Positions 28,769 to 40,497 are shown, counted from the stretch's first letter. The stretch is 64,000 nucleotides of DNA from Candidatus Hydrogenedentota bacterium (GCA_963745075.1 CAVUWV010000010.1:64001-128000); one strand, 5' to 3'. Numbers and translations: made by a program. The notes: generated by a model from the sequence alone, not told the origin.

Positions 28769-29060
28769 TCCGGCGCTCCTCTCGGGTTTCGCACTCACTA
28801 CGCCGCCATCTCGAGTATACCCCAATTCTGGGAACCCATTGAAGCCTCCGTTTGCCGACGCACTGTCGGTCCCTCGCCGAGCCTGCTCACTCTTTGAAAT
28901 CTCTCGCCCCCCGGTGGTAGCCTTGTAAGTGTAAGCTGCGCAAGGGTGCAACGATTCTGCGGCGCGGAATTCCGGGCGCGTGTTGGGCAGCGACGCTTGG
29001 CGCGTGTCCCCGCATGCGGAATCCGCAATAAATCCTGCTTCTCCGGGGTTTTTGTTATAA

Positions 29061-31001
<1,941 letters not shown>

Positions 31002-31084
31002 CGCCTCATCCCGTATAACGAAATCACACCCGCTGGTTTGTGACATCAAAACTGCCATTTCATGAATGGAAGGAATACATATTT

Positions 31085-31420
31085 ATGACCGAAAACGCTG
31101 CGAGTTGTACGCCCCAGGAATTGGTTGAACGAAACAACGGCGCATCAAATTTCGTACTTCTGGATGTGCGGACCGAGGAGGAACTGGACATTGCGTGTAT
31201 ACCGGATTGCCTCCACATTCCGCTGCACGAGTTGCAGTCCAGAGTCGATGAACTGGCTCCGCACAAGGATCGCGAAATCGTGGTCATGTGCCATCATGGC
31301 GGCCGTTCGGCGCAGGCCCAGCAGTTTCTCCTTGCTCGAGGATTCGATCAGGTGACCAACCTGACCGGCGGCATCGATATGTACGCGGTTCAGGTGGATT
31401 CATCTATCCCGCGATACTGA
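31085..31420 (+). CDS. Single-domain rhodanese/sulfurtransferase
   Basis: LLDVR...CHHGGRS...NLTGGID...D-x-SIPRY. Confidence 0.88.
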   Translation: MTENAASCTPQELVERNNGASNFVLLDVRTEEELDIACIPDCLHIPLHELQSRVDELAPHKDREIVVMCHHGGRSAQAQQFLLARGFDQVTNLTGGIDMYAVQVDSSIPRY

Positions 31421-31484
31421 ACACGTTTCCCGGACGCGGTGACGCCGTTCCGGGGTTGCAGTAAGCAGTAGCAAAGGACTTCGT

Positions 31485-32198
31485 ATGTCTGGTTTCGTCG
31501 ATGTCAGCGTTCGCCGATTGGAACCGGAAATCCTGGACCAGCCAGGATTGGATGCGCAGCGCCACGTCCACGCGCTGCGTGGTTTGGAACGCATCAACCT
31601 CCTCAGTCTGACCGCCAGTGCGTTACGCGGTCCCATACGGCAATTCGCCGCCCGTCATTCCGGACGGCCAGTACGGCTGCTCGATCTCGCGTCCGGCGCA
31701 GGCGACACGCCGATTCATCTCAAACGCTGGGCCGACAAGCGCAACATCCCCCTCGACATTCATGGGTGCGATATCAGCCCCATTTCCGTTGACTACGCGC
31801 AGCAACGTGCCGACGCACACCATGCCGATGTCTCATTCTTCGTACACGATGTCGTACGCGACGGCATACCCGAAGGTTTCGATATCGTCACGAGCACCCT
31901 GTTTCTCCACCACCTCCGCAACGATGATATCCGCGACTTGCTGCGTTCCGCGTCCAGAAATACACGCCTGGTTCTCGTCAGCGATTTGGTTCGCGGTTGG
32001 GCGGGGTACATTCTCGCGCAAGTGGTGTGCAGGGCTATCACGCGGTCCGATGTCGTTCACAACGATGGACCCTTGTCGGTCGCGGCCTCGTTCACCATGG
32101 AAGAATTCCGTCACCTTGCTGCCGATGCGGGACTCCAAGGCTACTCCATTGCATGGCAGTGGCCGTTTCGCTTTTTATTCACGTGGAGCCGTCCGTGA
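31485..32198 (+). CDS. SAM-dependent methyltransferase (type III PKS-associated)
   Basis: LDLASGAGD, LFLHH, VSDL-x-R, DGPLSVAASFT, WPFRF. Confidence 0.88.
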   Translation: MSGFVDVSVRRLEPEILDQPGLDAQRHVHALRGLERINLLSLTASALRGPIRQFAARHSGRPVRLLDLASGAGDTPIHLKRWADKRNIPLDIHGCDISPISVDYAQQRADAHHADVSFFVHDVVRDGIPEGFDIVTSTLFLHHLRNDDIRDLLRSASRNTRLVLVSDLVRGWAGYILAQVVCRAITRSDVVHNDGPLSVAASFTMEEFRHLAADAGLQGYSIAWQWPFRFLFTWSRP

Positions 32199-33374
32199 AT
32201 TCCGTTGCCCCGACGCTTTCGCCTGACGAGGCGGCCGCCGGAACCTGGGACGTGCTGGTCGTGGGCGCGGGATGCGCCGGCGCGCTTACTGCCCGCGAGG
32301 TCGCGCGACGCGGACTCTCCGTCTTGCTCGTTGACAAGGCTGCGTTTCCCCGATGGAAAGTCTGCGGATGCTGCATCAATGCTCGGGCTCAAACGGCGTT
32401 GGACGCCGCGGGCTTGACGCGACTGCTTGCGGAGAACGGAGCGGTTTCTCTGCATAGTCTTCGGGTCGCCGCACGAGGGCGTACCGCGACAGATCCCCCT
32501 TCCCGGGTACGTGTCCCTGTCTCGTGAACGACTGGATGCCGCCCTCGTGCAAGAAGCCATCGAGGCCGGCGCACACTTCCTGCCCAAAACCCAGGCAACC
32601 ATGGGTGCGGTCACGGACGCGAATCGTTCGTTGCTGTTGCGCAGTGGCGAGACCGAAGTCGAAGCGGTAACGCGTCTGGTTCTGGTCGCGGACGGCCTGG
32701 GCGGACGTCTGCTGCGCGCGACGGATTCCTTCGACTCGCCCGCGGACGAGCACTCCCGAATCGGTGCGGGCGCGATCGCGGCGAACGTTCCGGAGACATA
32801 CGCTGCCGGGATCATCCACATGGCCTGCAGCTACGGCGGCTACGTGGGACTTGTCCGTCTGGAGGATCACCGGCTCGACATTGCCGCGGCATTCGACACC
32901 GAACTGGTTCGTCGCGAAGGCGGACTGGCCGGTGCGGCATCGCGTGTACTGGACGAAGCCGGATTCCCGGGAATCCCCGGCATTAACACGCTTACATGGC
33001 GTGGGACCCCCGCGCTGACCCGCACGGCCAGCCGTTTGTCCGCGCATCGGGCCCTGGTGCTGGGTGACGCGGCTGGTTACGTGGAACCCTTTACCGGCGA
33101 GGGGATCGCCTGGGCATTGACCTCCGCCCTTGCCGTGGCAGCACTTACGCCCGCTGCGGTCCAGCGTTTTGACACCGGAATCGAGCGGGCCTGGTCAAAA
33201 ACGCATCGGTCGATTGTTACGCGAAGGCAACTGGTATGCCGGGCCGTCTCGGCAGGATTGCGCCGTCCGGGAGTGGTTTGCCGCTCCATCGATCTGCTAT
33301 CGTGGGCGCCGGTTTTGGTGCGTCCCTTTGTTCGACACGTTAATGCACCCGTGCGTGCACGGAAGGGAGTCTAG
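32195..33374 (+). CDS. FAD-dependent oxidoreductase (geranylgeranyl-reductase-like); frameshift near 32490
   Basis: VVGAGCAG, FPRWKVCG, VADG, LGDAAGYVEPFTGEGI. Confidence 0.85.
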
Positions 33375-33379
33375 CTGCG

Positions 33380-34474
33380 ATGAGGTTCTCCATACTCGGG
33401 CAGGGTACCGCCGTCCCGCCGTATTCCTTGAGCTACGAAGAGGCCGTTGCCTATGCGCAGGCATCCTTTTGCGAGACGGAGGAACAACAGCGGCAAATCA
33501 AGCTGTTGTACCGCATGACGGGCGTGAAATCGCGCAATTGCTGCGTGCTGGACGGCCCCTCGGACATGCCGGACCGTCAGACTTTCTTCCCTGCACCGAA
33601 CGGGTCCGTCGGCAAGATGGGTCCCTCCATCCGCGAGCGCATGGCGAAGTACGAGGACAAGGCCCTCCCACTGGCGCTGGAAGCAAGCCGGGAAGCCTTC
33701 GAAGCTTCCGAAGTATTGCCAAGCGCGATTACGCACCTTGTCACGGTCTCGTGCAGCGGGTTCGCGGCGCCGGGCGTCGATATCGGGCTCATCAAGCAAC
33801 TGGGTCTGCCTCCGACCACCCAACGTGTGCACGTCGGGTTCATGGGCTGCCACGGCGCGCTGAACGGCATCCGTGCGGCCCGCGGGTTTGCGGAGAGCGA
33901 CCCCCATGCGCGTGTGCTGATCTGCGCCATCGAGTTGTGCAGCCTCCACTACCACTACGGCTGGAACCCGGACCAACTCGTCGCCAATGCCCTCTTTGCG
34001 GACGGTTCCGCCGCTATCGTCGGCGCCGCGACCGACGTTCAAAGCGAAGGTCCTTGGCAGGTCGCCGCCACCGGATCCTGCCTGATCCCCGATTCCGAAG
34101 AGGCCATGACCTGGCGCATCGGCAACAACGGCTTCATCATGTCCCTGTCCAGCCGCGTGCCCGAACTCATCGGCACGCACCTCCGTCCCTGGATGGAAGC
34201 GTGGCTCAAGGAGGCTGGGTTCACCATCCCCGACATCCAGTCCTGGGCCGTTCACCCCGGTGGCCCCCGCATACTCAGCTCCACCTGCAAGGCCCTCGGC
34301 CTCGAGAAAGACGCCGTCGCCGTCTCCCGCGAAGTCCTGAAGGAGCACGGCAACATGTCGTCTCCGACCATCCTCTTCATCCTCAAACGCCTGCGCGACC
34401 GCAACGCCCCCCGCCCCTGCGTTGCCCTCGGCTTCGGCCCGGGCCTGATGGCAGAGGCGACGTTGTTCGTGTAG
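33380..34474 (+). CDS. Type III polyketide synthase
   Basis: Cys-His-Asn triad: GFMGCHG, VHPGG, HGNMSS; also ALFADG, GFGPGL. Confidence 0.95.
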   Translation: MRFSILGQGTAVPPYSLSYEEAVAYAQASFCETEEQQRQIKLLYRMTGVKSRNCCVLDGPSDMPDRQTFFPAPNGSVGKMGPSIRERMAKYEDKALPLALEASREAFEASEVLPSAITHLVTVSCSGFAAPGVDIGLIKQLGLPPTTQRVHVGFMGCHGALNGIRAARGFAESDPHARVLICAIELCSLHYHYGWNPDQLVANALFADGSAAIVGAATDVQSEGPWQVAATGSCLIPDSEEAMTWRIGNNGFIMSLSSRVPELIGTHLRPWMEAWLKEAGFTIPDIQSWAVHPGGPRILSSTCKALGLEKDAVAVSREVLKEHGNMSSPTILFILKRLRDRNAPRPCVALGFGPGLMAEATLFV

Positions 34475-34512
34475 CGCGGGCAGCCCCAACCAGAAACTGA
34501 GCGCTCCATCAA

Positions 34513-34551
34513 ATCGGACGGATCGGTCTGATCGGTCGGATCGGTCCGATC
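34513..34551. repeat. Tandem 9-mer array ATCGGWCNG (about 4.3 copies)
   Basis: atcggacgg atcggtctg atcggtcgg atcggtccg atc. Confidence 0.75.
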
Positions 34552-34587
34552 AAAAACATGCCATCGGAAGCCGGCTTCGCGGCGCCC

Positions 34588-34785
34588 CCTTTGGAGTGCG
34601 GCCGCTTGCGGCTGCTTTTCTTTCGGTATTCTCGGTTACCTGATTCTCTTACGCTGCGAAACGGATCGCGCTACCCTCGGCAACGATTGCGCGCAGTCCA
34701 CCGCGCTCAATGCATTCGCCGGAGTGAAGTTAGGTGTTCGGCATACGTTCAAGAAAAGCAGCCGCAAGCGGCCGCACTCCAAAGG
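34588..34785. repeat. Perfect 35-bp inverted repeat pair (second REP/REPIN-like family)
   Basis: CCTTTGGAGTGCGGCCGCTTGCGGCTGCTTTTCTT at 34588-34622 and its exact reverse complement at 34751-34785. Confidence 0.88.
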
Positions 34786-34892
34786 TTGCCGCCTATGAAT
34801 TGCCGCAATTGCGACAAAGTAAGCATGCCTACGGAACCCGCAAGCTGTCAGAAGTGCTAGGCTGGTGCCTTCCCGTTGGTCGCAGAGTCGGC

Positions 34893-35961
34893 TCAGCGCG
34901 AGGCCGGTCGCAGCCGAATCTCGATTCCGCCGCATCGCCGCAGCATGCGAAATGCCGATCCGGCCAGAATGTACGTTACCGCCGCGGCTCCTGCGACTGT
35001 CACGATCATCGCAGTCGAATATCCCAGCAATGCCAGCGCCGTGACCAGCATATTATCCGGCGCTATTCCATAGGCCTCTTGGAATGCAGCGACGTTCGTG
35101 GCAGTCGTCTGAATCTCGAATCTCGCTGTCGTCTCACCAAATAGATAGGTTGGATTTCCAAACAGAACCGATGGAATATCCTTGCCGACGCCCAGCGCCA
35201 CCAACGCCATTACCGCCGCCAAGATGGACCTGATTCTCAGGGTTCCCCGATCGGCCCACCAGATCCACAACATTGATACCGCGACCGCGAGCGCCGGTCC
35301 GAGGGCAATGAAAAGCCAGTGGACCGGCCGCGGCAAGCCGAGCAGGAAGTACACTAACGAATCGGCCGCTTTGGATAGCACATCGCCGACAACACGAACA
35401 TCGGGAATGCACCACCTCAGCGCAACCAGCGCAAGAAATATCAGCGCGAAAGGGGACGGCTTACGATCCTGGTACCATACGTGTACGCCGCAACGTTCGC
35501 GCGCGTACCACCATCGCAATACGAGAAAGATCGCACCGGCGTTCAAGGCGGGCCCGAGCCAAATCACCGGTATCATGCGCGGATCGAACAAACCGATCGC
35601 CGACTGCGTGTCCAGAAAGAAAGCGATTAGCACCTTGATCGCTTCGAACGCAACACCAACCGTCAAGGTCAACAGCGCCACCGCCCCCAGCCGCCTCGGC
35701 AGGCTAATCGGACTCCGAAACGGCACCGTCTTTACACCCAACTCCGGAAACGCTCCCGGATCCCCGAAATGCTCCCGCGTCAACAACACCGCATCCGCTT
35801 CGGAGACGTCTTCTTCCCCCGACAGATATCCGAGCGTCTTGTCCTCCAGGTGCCCGTACAATTCTTCCAGGGTTTCAACGTTCAAATGGCGTGATCGGCC
35901 AATCTCCTTCGCCAGCTTTCGCAATGCCGCTTCGGGTATTCGGACTCAGTTGCTTGTCCAT
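34893..35961 (-). CDS. Permease-prefix-domain (HAAS-like) membrane protein 3; frameshift near 35935
   Basis: MDKQLSPNT/EAALRKLAKEI...EELYGHLEDKTLGYLSG...EHFGDP, then multiple TMs. Confidence 0.75.
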
Positions 35962-36020
35962 AGCCTATTAACCCCAGTTTCGTGACCGTAATGTGAGTGC
36001 CTCTCGTTCATGAATATGCA

Positions 36021-37070
36021 TTATCGTGTGACAAGCCGGGCCCGTGGTGAAAGTCGGAAGAGACTCCGCGCGGTGAATGCCGCCAGTCCGGGTAACAGCA
36101 CTGCCATGACGTTCAGTACGATATAGAATTGAGATTGCGTTGCTTGCGTCGCGGTGCCGGTATAGAGGGGAAAGCTGGGCCCGCGCGCAAAGAGGTAGCG
36201 GCCCAAGCCGAGAGCCTGATGTGAAGCCAGCGACCCGGGCTGGCCATGTGCCAGGAACTCGAACGATGGCACAAGGGCAAACAGCAGGCCAAAACAGCAC
36301 CAGGCTGCGAACGCAAGAACGAGGCTTGCCCAGCGACGGTCGTCGCGGGTACACCACCAGAGCCAAGCCATGCATTGAACGATCAGCGCTGCCGGTATCA
36401 GGCCCAGGTTCACTGGCTTAAGAAGCCTCGTCCAACCGGTAGCGTGCGTCATGGGGAAAGTACTCCACCCTGCCAAGATTGTAGGCGGGATCAGTTTCGT
36501 CACAAAGACAAGTGCCACAAACATCAAAGAAAGGCCCAAGAGGGACTGGCGCATCGGCCATGGCATGTGCCCCATCTCAATTTGACGCTGTAACCGGCTT
36601 AGCGTCAGGCCAAAGAGTGCCGAAATGGCTATCAGCAAAACGGCGAGCACCGGCGGTCGCACCGGCTCGTACGTTGAAAACCCGAAACGGGACGAAGAAG
36701 CCACGAGCCCAGCCAGGACGAGGGCGCACCACACGGCATTCAAGGACGTGAGCAGGAGGGCCGCCGTAAGAACCCGGCGCGGAAACGCGCATTTCGCGTC
36801 GTCTGGCAGAAACATCATGTGCCGCTTTCTGTCGTTCTGTGAGTTGCAGCCCGAAGATGCTGTCAAGACGCCTCCAAAATGCTCCCACGTGAGCAACACC
36901 GCGTCCGCTTCGGAGATTTCTTCGTCGCCGGAGAGATACCCGAGCGTCTTGTCTTCGAGATGACCGTACAACTCTTCCTGGACCTCATCGCCCAAGCCGC
37001 GTGCCCGGCTGATTTCCCGCGCCAGTTTCTTGAGTGCTGCTTCGGTCTCGGAACTCAGCTGCTTATCCAT
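36021..37070 (-). CDS. Permease-prefix-domain (HAAS-like) membrane protein 2
   Basis: MDKQLSSETEAALKKLAREI...EELYGHLEDKTLGYLSG...EHFG, then multiple TMs. Confidence 0.8.
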   Translation of the reverse strand: MDKQLSSETEAALKKLAREISRARGLGDEVQEELYGHLEDKTLGYLSGDEEISEADAVLLTWEHFGGVLTASSGCNSQNDRKRHMMFLPDDAKCAFPRRVLTAALLLTSLNAVWCALVLAGLVASSSRFGFSTYEPVRPPVLAVLLIAISALFGLTLSRLQRQIEMGHMPWPMRQSLLGLSLMFVALVFVTKLIPPTILAGWSTFPMTHATGWTRLLKPVNLGLIPAALIVQCMAWLWWCTRDDRRWASLVLAFAAWCCFGLLFALVPSFEFLAHGQPGSLASHQALGLGRYLFARGPSFPLYTGTATQATQSQFYIVLNVMAVLLPGLAAFTARSLFRLSPRARLVTR

Positions 37071-37247
37071 GGTTTCCCCCGTTGATGATGGCGGAGACTC
37101 CGCGCATTCACTCGAGTTGCAGGATAGAAAACGGTGTACAAAGCTAACGCCCTCCAGTTGCTGCGTCGGCCATGCCTTCGGCTCAGGGCCGACGTTATCT
37201 TGTTCCGGTAACCTCTGAATTCAGGCGTGTCCGGGAACGAATTGAAG

Positions 37248-38233
37248 TTAAACGACGGATCCAGCAACTCCTTCGCGATGACGGCTCCGATTTCGTACTT
37301 GGATAAACACAAAATACAGGGTCCCGGCCAGAATGGCTTTTCCGATATCTCCGGTCAGTAATCCTGTGCTAAACCGCAGTGGACTTTGAAGCAGGTATTC
37401 CAGGCTGGGAAAGAGACCTTGTGACATCGCCACGTCGACAAGATGGCGCATGGAAAAAACCGCGAATGCGAAGAGTACCGTGCTCAGGATCACCCACGTT
37501 GCCAGGGAAATCAGCACCGAGCGAGTACGGCGCGGAGGCCGATCCATCCACCAAATCCAGAGCAAGGGCCAACCTAGCGACGCGATCCACATACCATACG
37601 AGAAGAACGGACCGCCCGATCCATTCAACCGTTGAACCGGCTCCGAGAAGTCCGCTGGATTCATCTGGGGCGAGGGTACAGACGCGTACGTCACCAACAG
37701 TGCGACAGTGATCAGTGCTTGGCGCGCTAGGCTCCAACGCAGAATCTGCGTCCTTCTTCCGTCGTCCAACCAGCGTTGCCAGCGAAACAACACGTACCAT
37801 GCGATGGCCACTCCCAACACCATTGCGAAACCACCGCGCACGACAAAGATCAGAAGCAGCGCAACAACGTCCGATCCGGTCACGGTCGCTACCGCGGCTG
37901 CTCCCACTACTCCGACTGTAATCACGAGATAGACTGCCACGGAGACCATACTGACCGCCGCCAGCCGTTGTGCGACCGACAGGAGACGTTCTCCGCGATG
38001 AACGGCCCCGAGGAAGTCGCGCAACGCGCGCGGATCGCCAAAATGCTCCCGCGTCAGAAGCACCACGTCGGGCTGCGATAAGGACTCTTCGCCCGACAGG
38101 TACCCAATCGCCTTGTCTTCCATATGGCCGAACAACTCTTCCTGGATCTCTCATCCAGGTCGTGCGCCACACTCATTTCCCGCGCCAGATTCCTTAGCGC
38201 CGCCTCAGTTTCCGGACTCAGTTGCTTATCCAT
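37248..38233 (-). CDS. Permease-prefix-domain (HAAS-like) membrane protein 1; frameshift near 38150
   Basis: MDKQLSPETEAALRNLAREM.../IQEELFGHMEDKAIGYLSG...EHFGDP, then TMs; start overlaps the PadR stop. Confidence 0.75.
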
Positions 38234-38561
38234 TGCGCGCTTCCCCGAGTTTCATGACCATGCCGTGCCAGCGTTCCCATTGCTCGAAGCCTTGGCCAAG
38301 GGCTTCGCGGCCGCCGGCGGTGATGTAGTAATACTTGCGGCGGCGCCCCGTGTCCGCCGTTTGCCATTGCGCGCGGACGAGGCCCTGCTTCTCGAGTTTG
38401 TGCAAGATGGGGTAGACCGTACCTTCCTGCCACTCGAAGAGCCCGTCCGCTTCCCGGTTGATGGCCTTGATGAGCCGATAGCCGTACGTGGCTTCCCGGG
38501 CCAGTACCGACAGCACGAGCAGGCTCGTGCTCGCGCCCACGAGTTCCTTGTCCAGTTTCAT
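38226..38561 (-). CDS. PadR-family transcriptional regulator
   Basis: YGY-x-L...EGTVYPILHKLEKQGL...RRKYY-x-IT-x-x-G...W. Confidence 0.93.
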   Translation of the reverse strand: MKLDKELVGASTSLLVLSVLAREATYGYRLIKAINREADGLFEWQEGTVYPILHKLEKQGLVRAQWQTADTGRRRKYYYITAGGREALGQGFEQWERWHGMVMKLGEARNG

Positions 38562-38573
38562 AATTGGTCCCTC

Positions 38574-38622
38574 TACTTTGGAGTTCAAGGTATAAAGTAC
38601 CATGAACCTCCAGGTATGTCAA
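38574..38622 (-). promoter_or_regulatory. Sigma70 promoter with two 19-bp palindromic operators (likely PadR autoregulation)
   Basis: Minus strand TTGACA-N17-TACTTT; boxes TACTTTGGAGTTCAAGGTA (38574-38592) and TACCATGAACCTCCAGGTA (38598-38616). Confidence 0.75.
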
Positions 38623-38683
38623 GCGGGAAGGCTGGAGTCTGGATGGCCTAGAACGGTTTCTCTCGTAGCCGCCACTGACCGCA

Positions 38684-38828
38684 CGTACTCGTTCTCGTAC
38701 TTCGTACTCGTACTCGGATCGTCGAGCAGGAAGAGTTGCAGTTTGGCTAATCCAACACGTCGTTTCTCCACCGCGACAAGAGATCGCATCTCGTCGAGTA
38801 CGAGTACGAGACCGAGTACGAAGTACGA
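38684..38828. repeat. Inverted arrays of the GTACTC hexamer
   Basis: (CGTACT)n-like array at 38684-38716 and (CGAGTA)n-like array at 38795-38828. Confidence 0.8.
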
Positions 38829-38887
38829 TTGAGGGGACACGGAATAACTTAAAATGCTCAACAGTGAGCCTACAGTCTTTCTCGGGA

Positions 38888-38953
38888 GCATTTCTCACCG
38901 CACCCAGAGTTTATCGGTCCGCAAGAGGACAGCTTTTGGGCGGTGAGAAATGC
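38888..38953. repeat. 14-bp perfect inverted repeat (mini-MITE or hairpin)
   Basis: GCATTTCTCACCGC (38888-38901) / GCGGTGAGAAATGC (38940-38953). Confidence 0.65.
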
Positions 38954-39123
38954 GGACTAGGGACTCTATTCTGGCAACGGGAGACCAGCACCGGGGGCGA
39001 AGTTTGGGAGTATCGACCCCTCCGATCCTCCGCACGATCACCGCTCGCTCGTTGGGCCGAGGAACCGGTCACTCCTCACAACTCCAACCGGCACGACCTC
39101 CAGCCTCCAAAGTGCAACCCCCC

Positions 39124-39201
39124 GGTCCATATCTACAAGGAGAATTCTGGCCATGACAGACTACACCCGACGCGCCCGTCGTCCTCGCGAACGCCGGGAC
39201 C
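39124..39201 (+). repeat. Third copy of the dispersed repeat seen at 24127 and 24351
   Basis: GGTCCATATCTACAAGGAGAATTCTGGCCATGACAGACTACACC...CCGTCGTCCTCGCGAACGCCGGGACC. Confidence 0.7.
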
Positions 39202-39374
39202 ACCTCCTGCACCCCCCTCACCTTCAGCCTCCGCCTCAGTACACGTCTGTCATGCGCATAGGTGTACTCGTGAGCGGGCGAGTACAGCGCATTACAGCGG
39301 CTGAATCGCCGATCGGAAGTCATAAGAGGCAATCTGCAAGCAACTTATGATGTAGATAGGCCGTCTTGAGAATT

Positions 39375-39391
39375 CTGGCACGAATCGTGCT
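39375..39391 (+). promoter_or_regulatory. Sigma54 (-24/-12) promoter
   Basis: CTGGCACGAATCGTGCT: TGGCACG and GG-N10-GC spacing match the consensus. Confidence 0.7.
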
Positions 39392-39550
39392 CTATAGGGT
39401 GCTGTGATGGCCGATAAGGGTCTGGATGGTCCTGACGGTTACTCCAAGACGGTCCTCGGAAATGGGGGATTCGGTTTCGATGCCCGACGAATTTCGGGGG
39501 ATTGACCGGCGACTCCAAGGGGGGACTTAATCGGAATGGTGGAGGCAGGC

Positions 39551-39970
39551 ATGTCGCGAATCGTAGTAATCGACGACGAACCGGTCCTGCGGCTGACCTT
39601 CCGGTTGATTCTGGAGCAAGACGGTCACGAAGTCTGGGACGCTGGAAATGGCCGAGACGGCTTGGACATATGCCGCCACGAGCGTCCAGACCTGGTCATC
39701 ACGGACATTATGATGCCGGAGCAGGAAGGCACGGAGACCATGTCCATCTTGCACGACGAATTCCCGGAATTGCCGGTAATCGTCATGTCGGGAGCGGGAA
39801 TCGTCTTCGCAGGATTAGGACCGGAAGAGAGCGAGAGCTACCGATACATCGCCAAGCCGGTCGACGGTCCGAACCTGCTCCAAGTGGTACACAGTTTGTT
39901 ACCGGATAACCAATGCCATGAACGGGAGGAATGTACGGCCAAAGGCGAGGAAAGCGAGTCAGAGCGATGA
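39551..39970 (+). CDS. Stand-alone response-regulator receiver protein
   Basis: VVIDDE, TDIMMP, MSG, AKP; GGAGG RBS. Confidence 0.9.
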   Translation: MSRIVVIDDEPVLRLTFRLILEQDGHEVWDAGNGRDGLDICRHERPDLVITDIMMPEQEGTETMSILHDEFPELPVIVMSGAGIVFAGLGPEESESYRYIAKPVDGPNLLQVVHSLLPDNQCHEREECTAKGEESESER

Positions 39971-40186
39971 ACAACACCTACCTGACAGATCTGACAGACC
40001 TTTTCGACCAGCCCAAGCCTTCACATCCCACCTTTGTCACCAGGACAGCCTTGCAGCTAAGACCGATGATTGGGAGTCTTCAGCCGGCCGTTCCTCCCGT
40101 TTTGGATATATCGACATCAGATTTGGTTGGGGGGAGACATCCTTAGCCAATTCGGGGGAACTTGATTCCTCTGGGGGGAAGAGAAT

Positions 40187-40229
40187 CCCGGCGACTTTCG
40201 GGGGAGAGACGCCGGGCTTCTCTATTTTT
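40187..40229 (+). terminator. Rho-independent terminator
   Basis: CCCGGCG-ACTTTC-GGGG-GAGAGA-CGCCGGG followed by CTTCTCTATTTTT. Confidence 0.65.
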
Positions 40230-40249
40230 GGGCAGTCCCGCAGAAACTT

Positions 40250-40445
40250 AAATCCGAAATCCGAATATCGAAATCCGAAACAAATTCCAAATTCGAAATC
40301 CAAAATCACGCGGAAATACGTTCTATCAAACGAAGAGCGCGACGGGTACCGTAAAGGACTGCGTGCGATCTGTTTGGGACATTTCCCGTTTTGGTCATTC
40401 GAATTTGTTTCGGATTTCGATATTCGGATTTCGTGCTTCGAATCT
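40250..40445. repeat. Heptamer-based (AAATCCG) inverted repeat element
   Basis: 33-bp perfect IR CGAAATCCGAATATCGAAATCCGAAACAAATTC at 40255-40287 / 40401-40433. Confidence 0.88.
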
Positions 40446-40497
40446 GAGATCCCAGCTTCGGCGCGGGCATGTTGAAATGCGATTCAGCCCCGATCCG

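Noticed and set aside
22600..28800. Integron cassette array (small same-strand ORFs, TA pair, GTCTAAT at 24794 / GTTAGAC at 25019)
   Set aside because: No integrase; the core-site pair is about 230 bp apart, too long for attC, and is not repeated between genes
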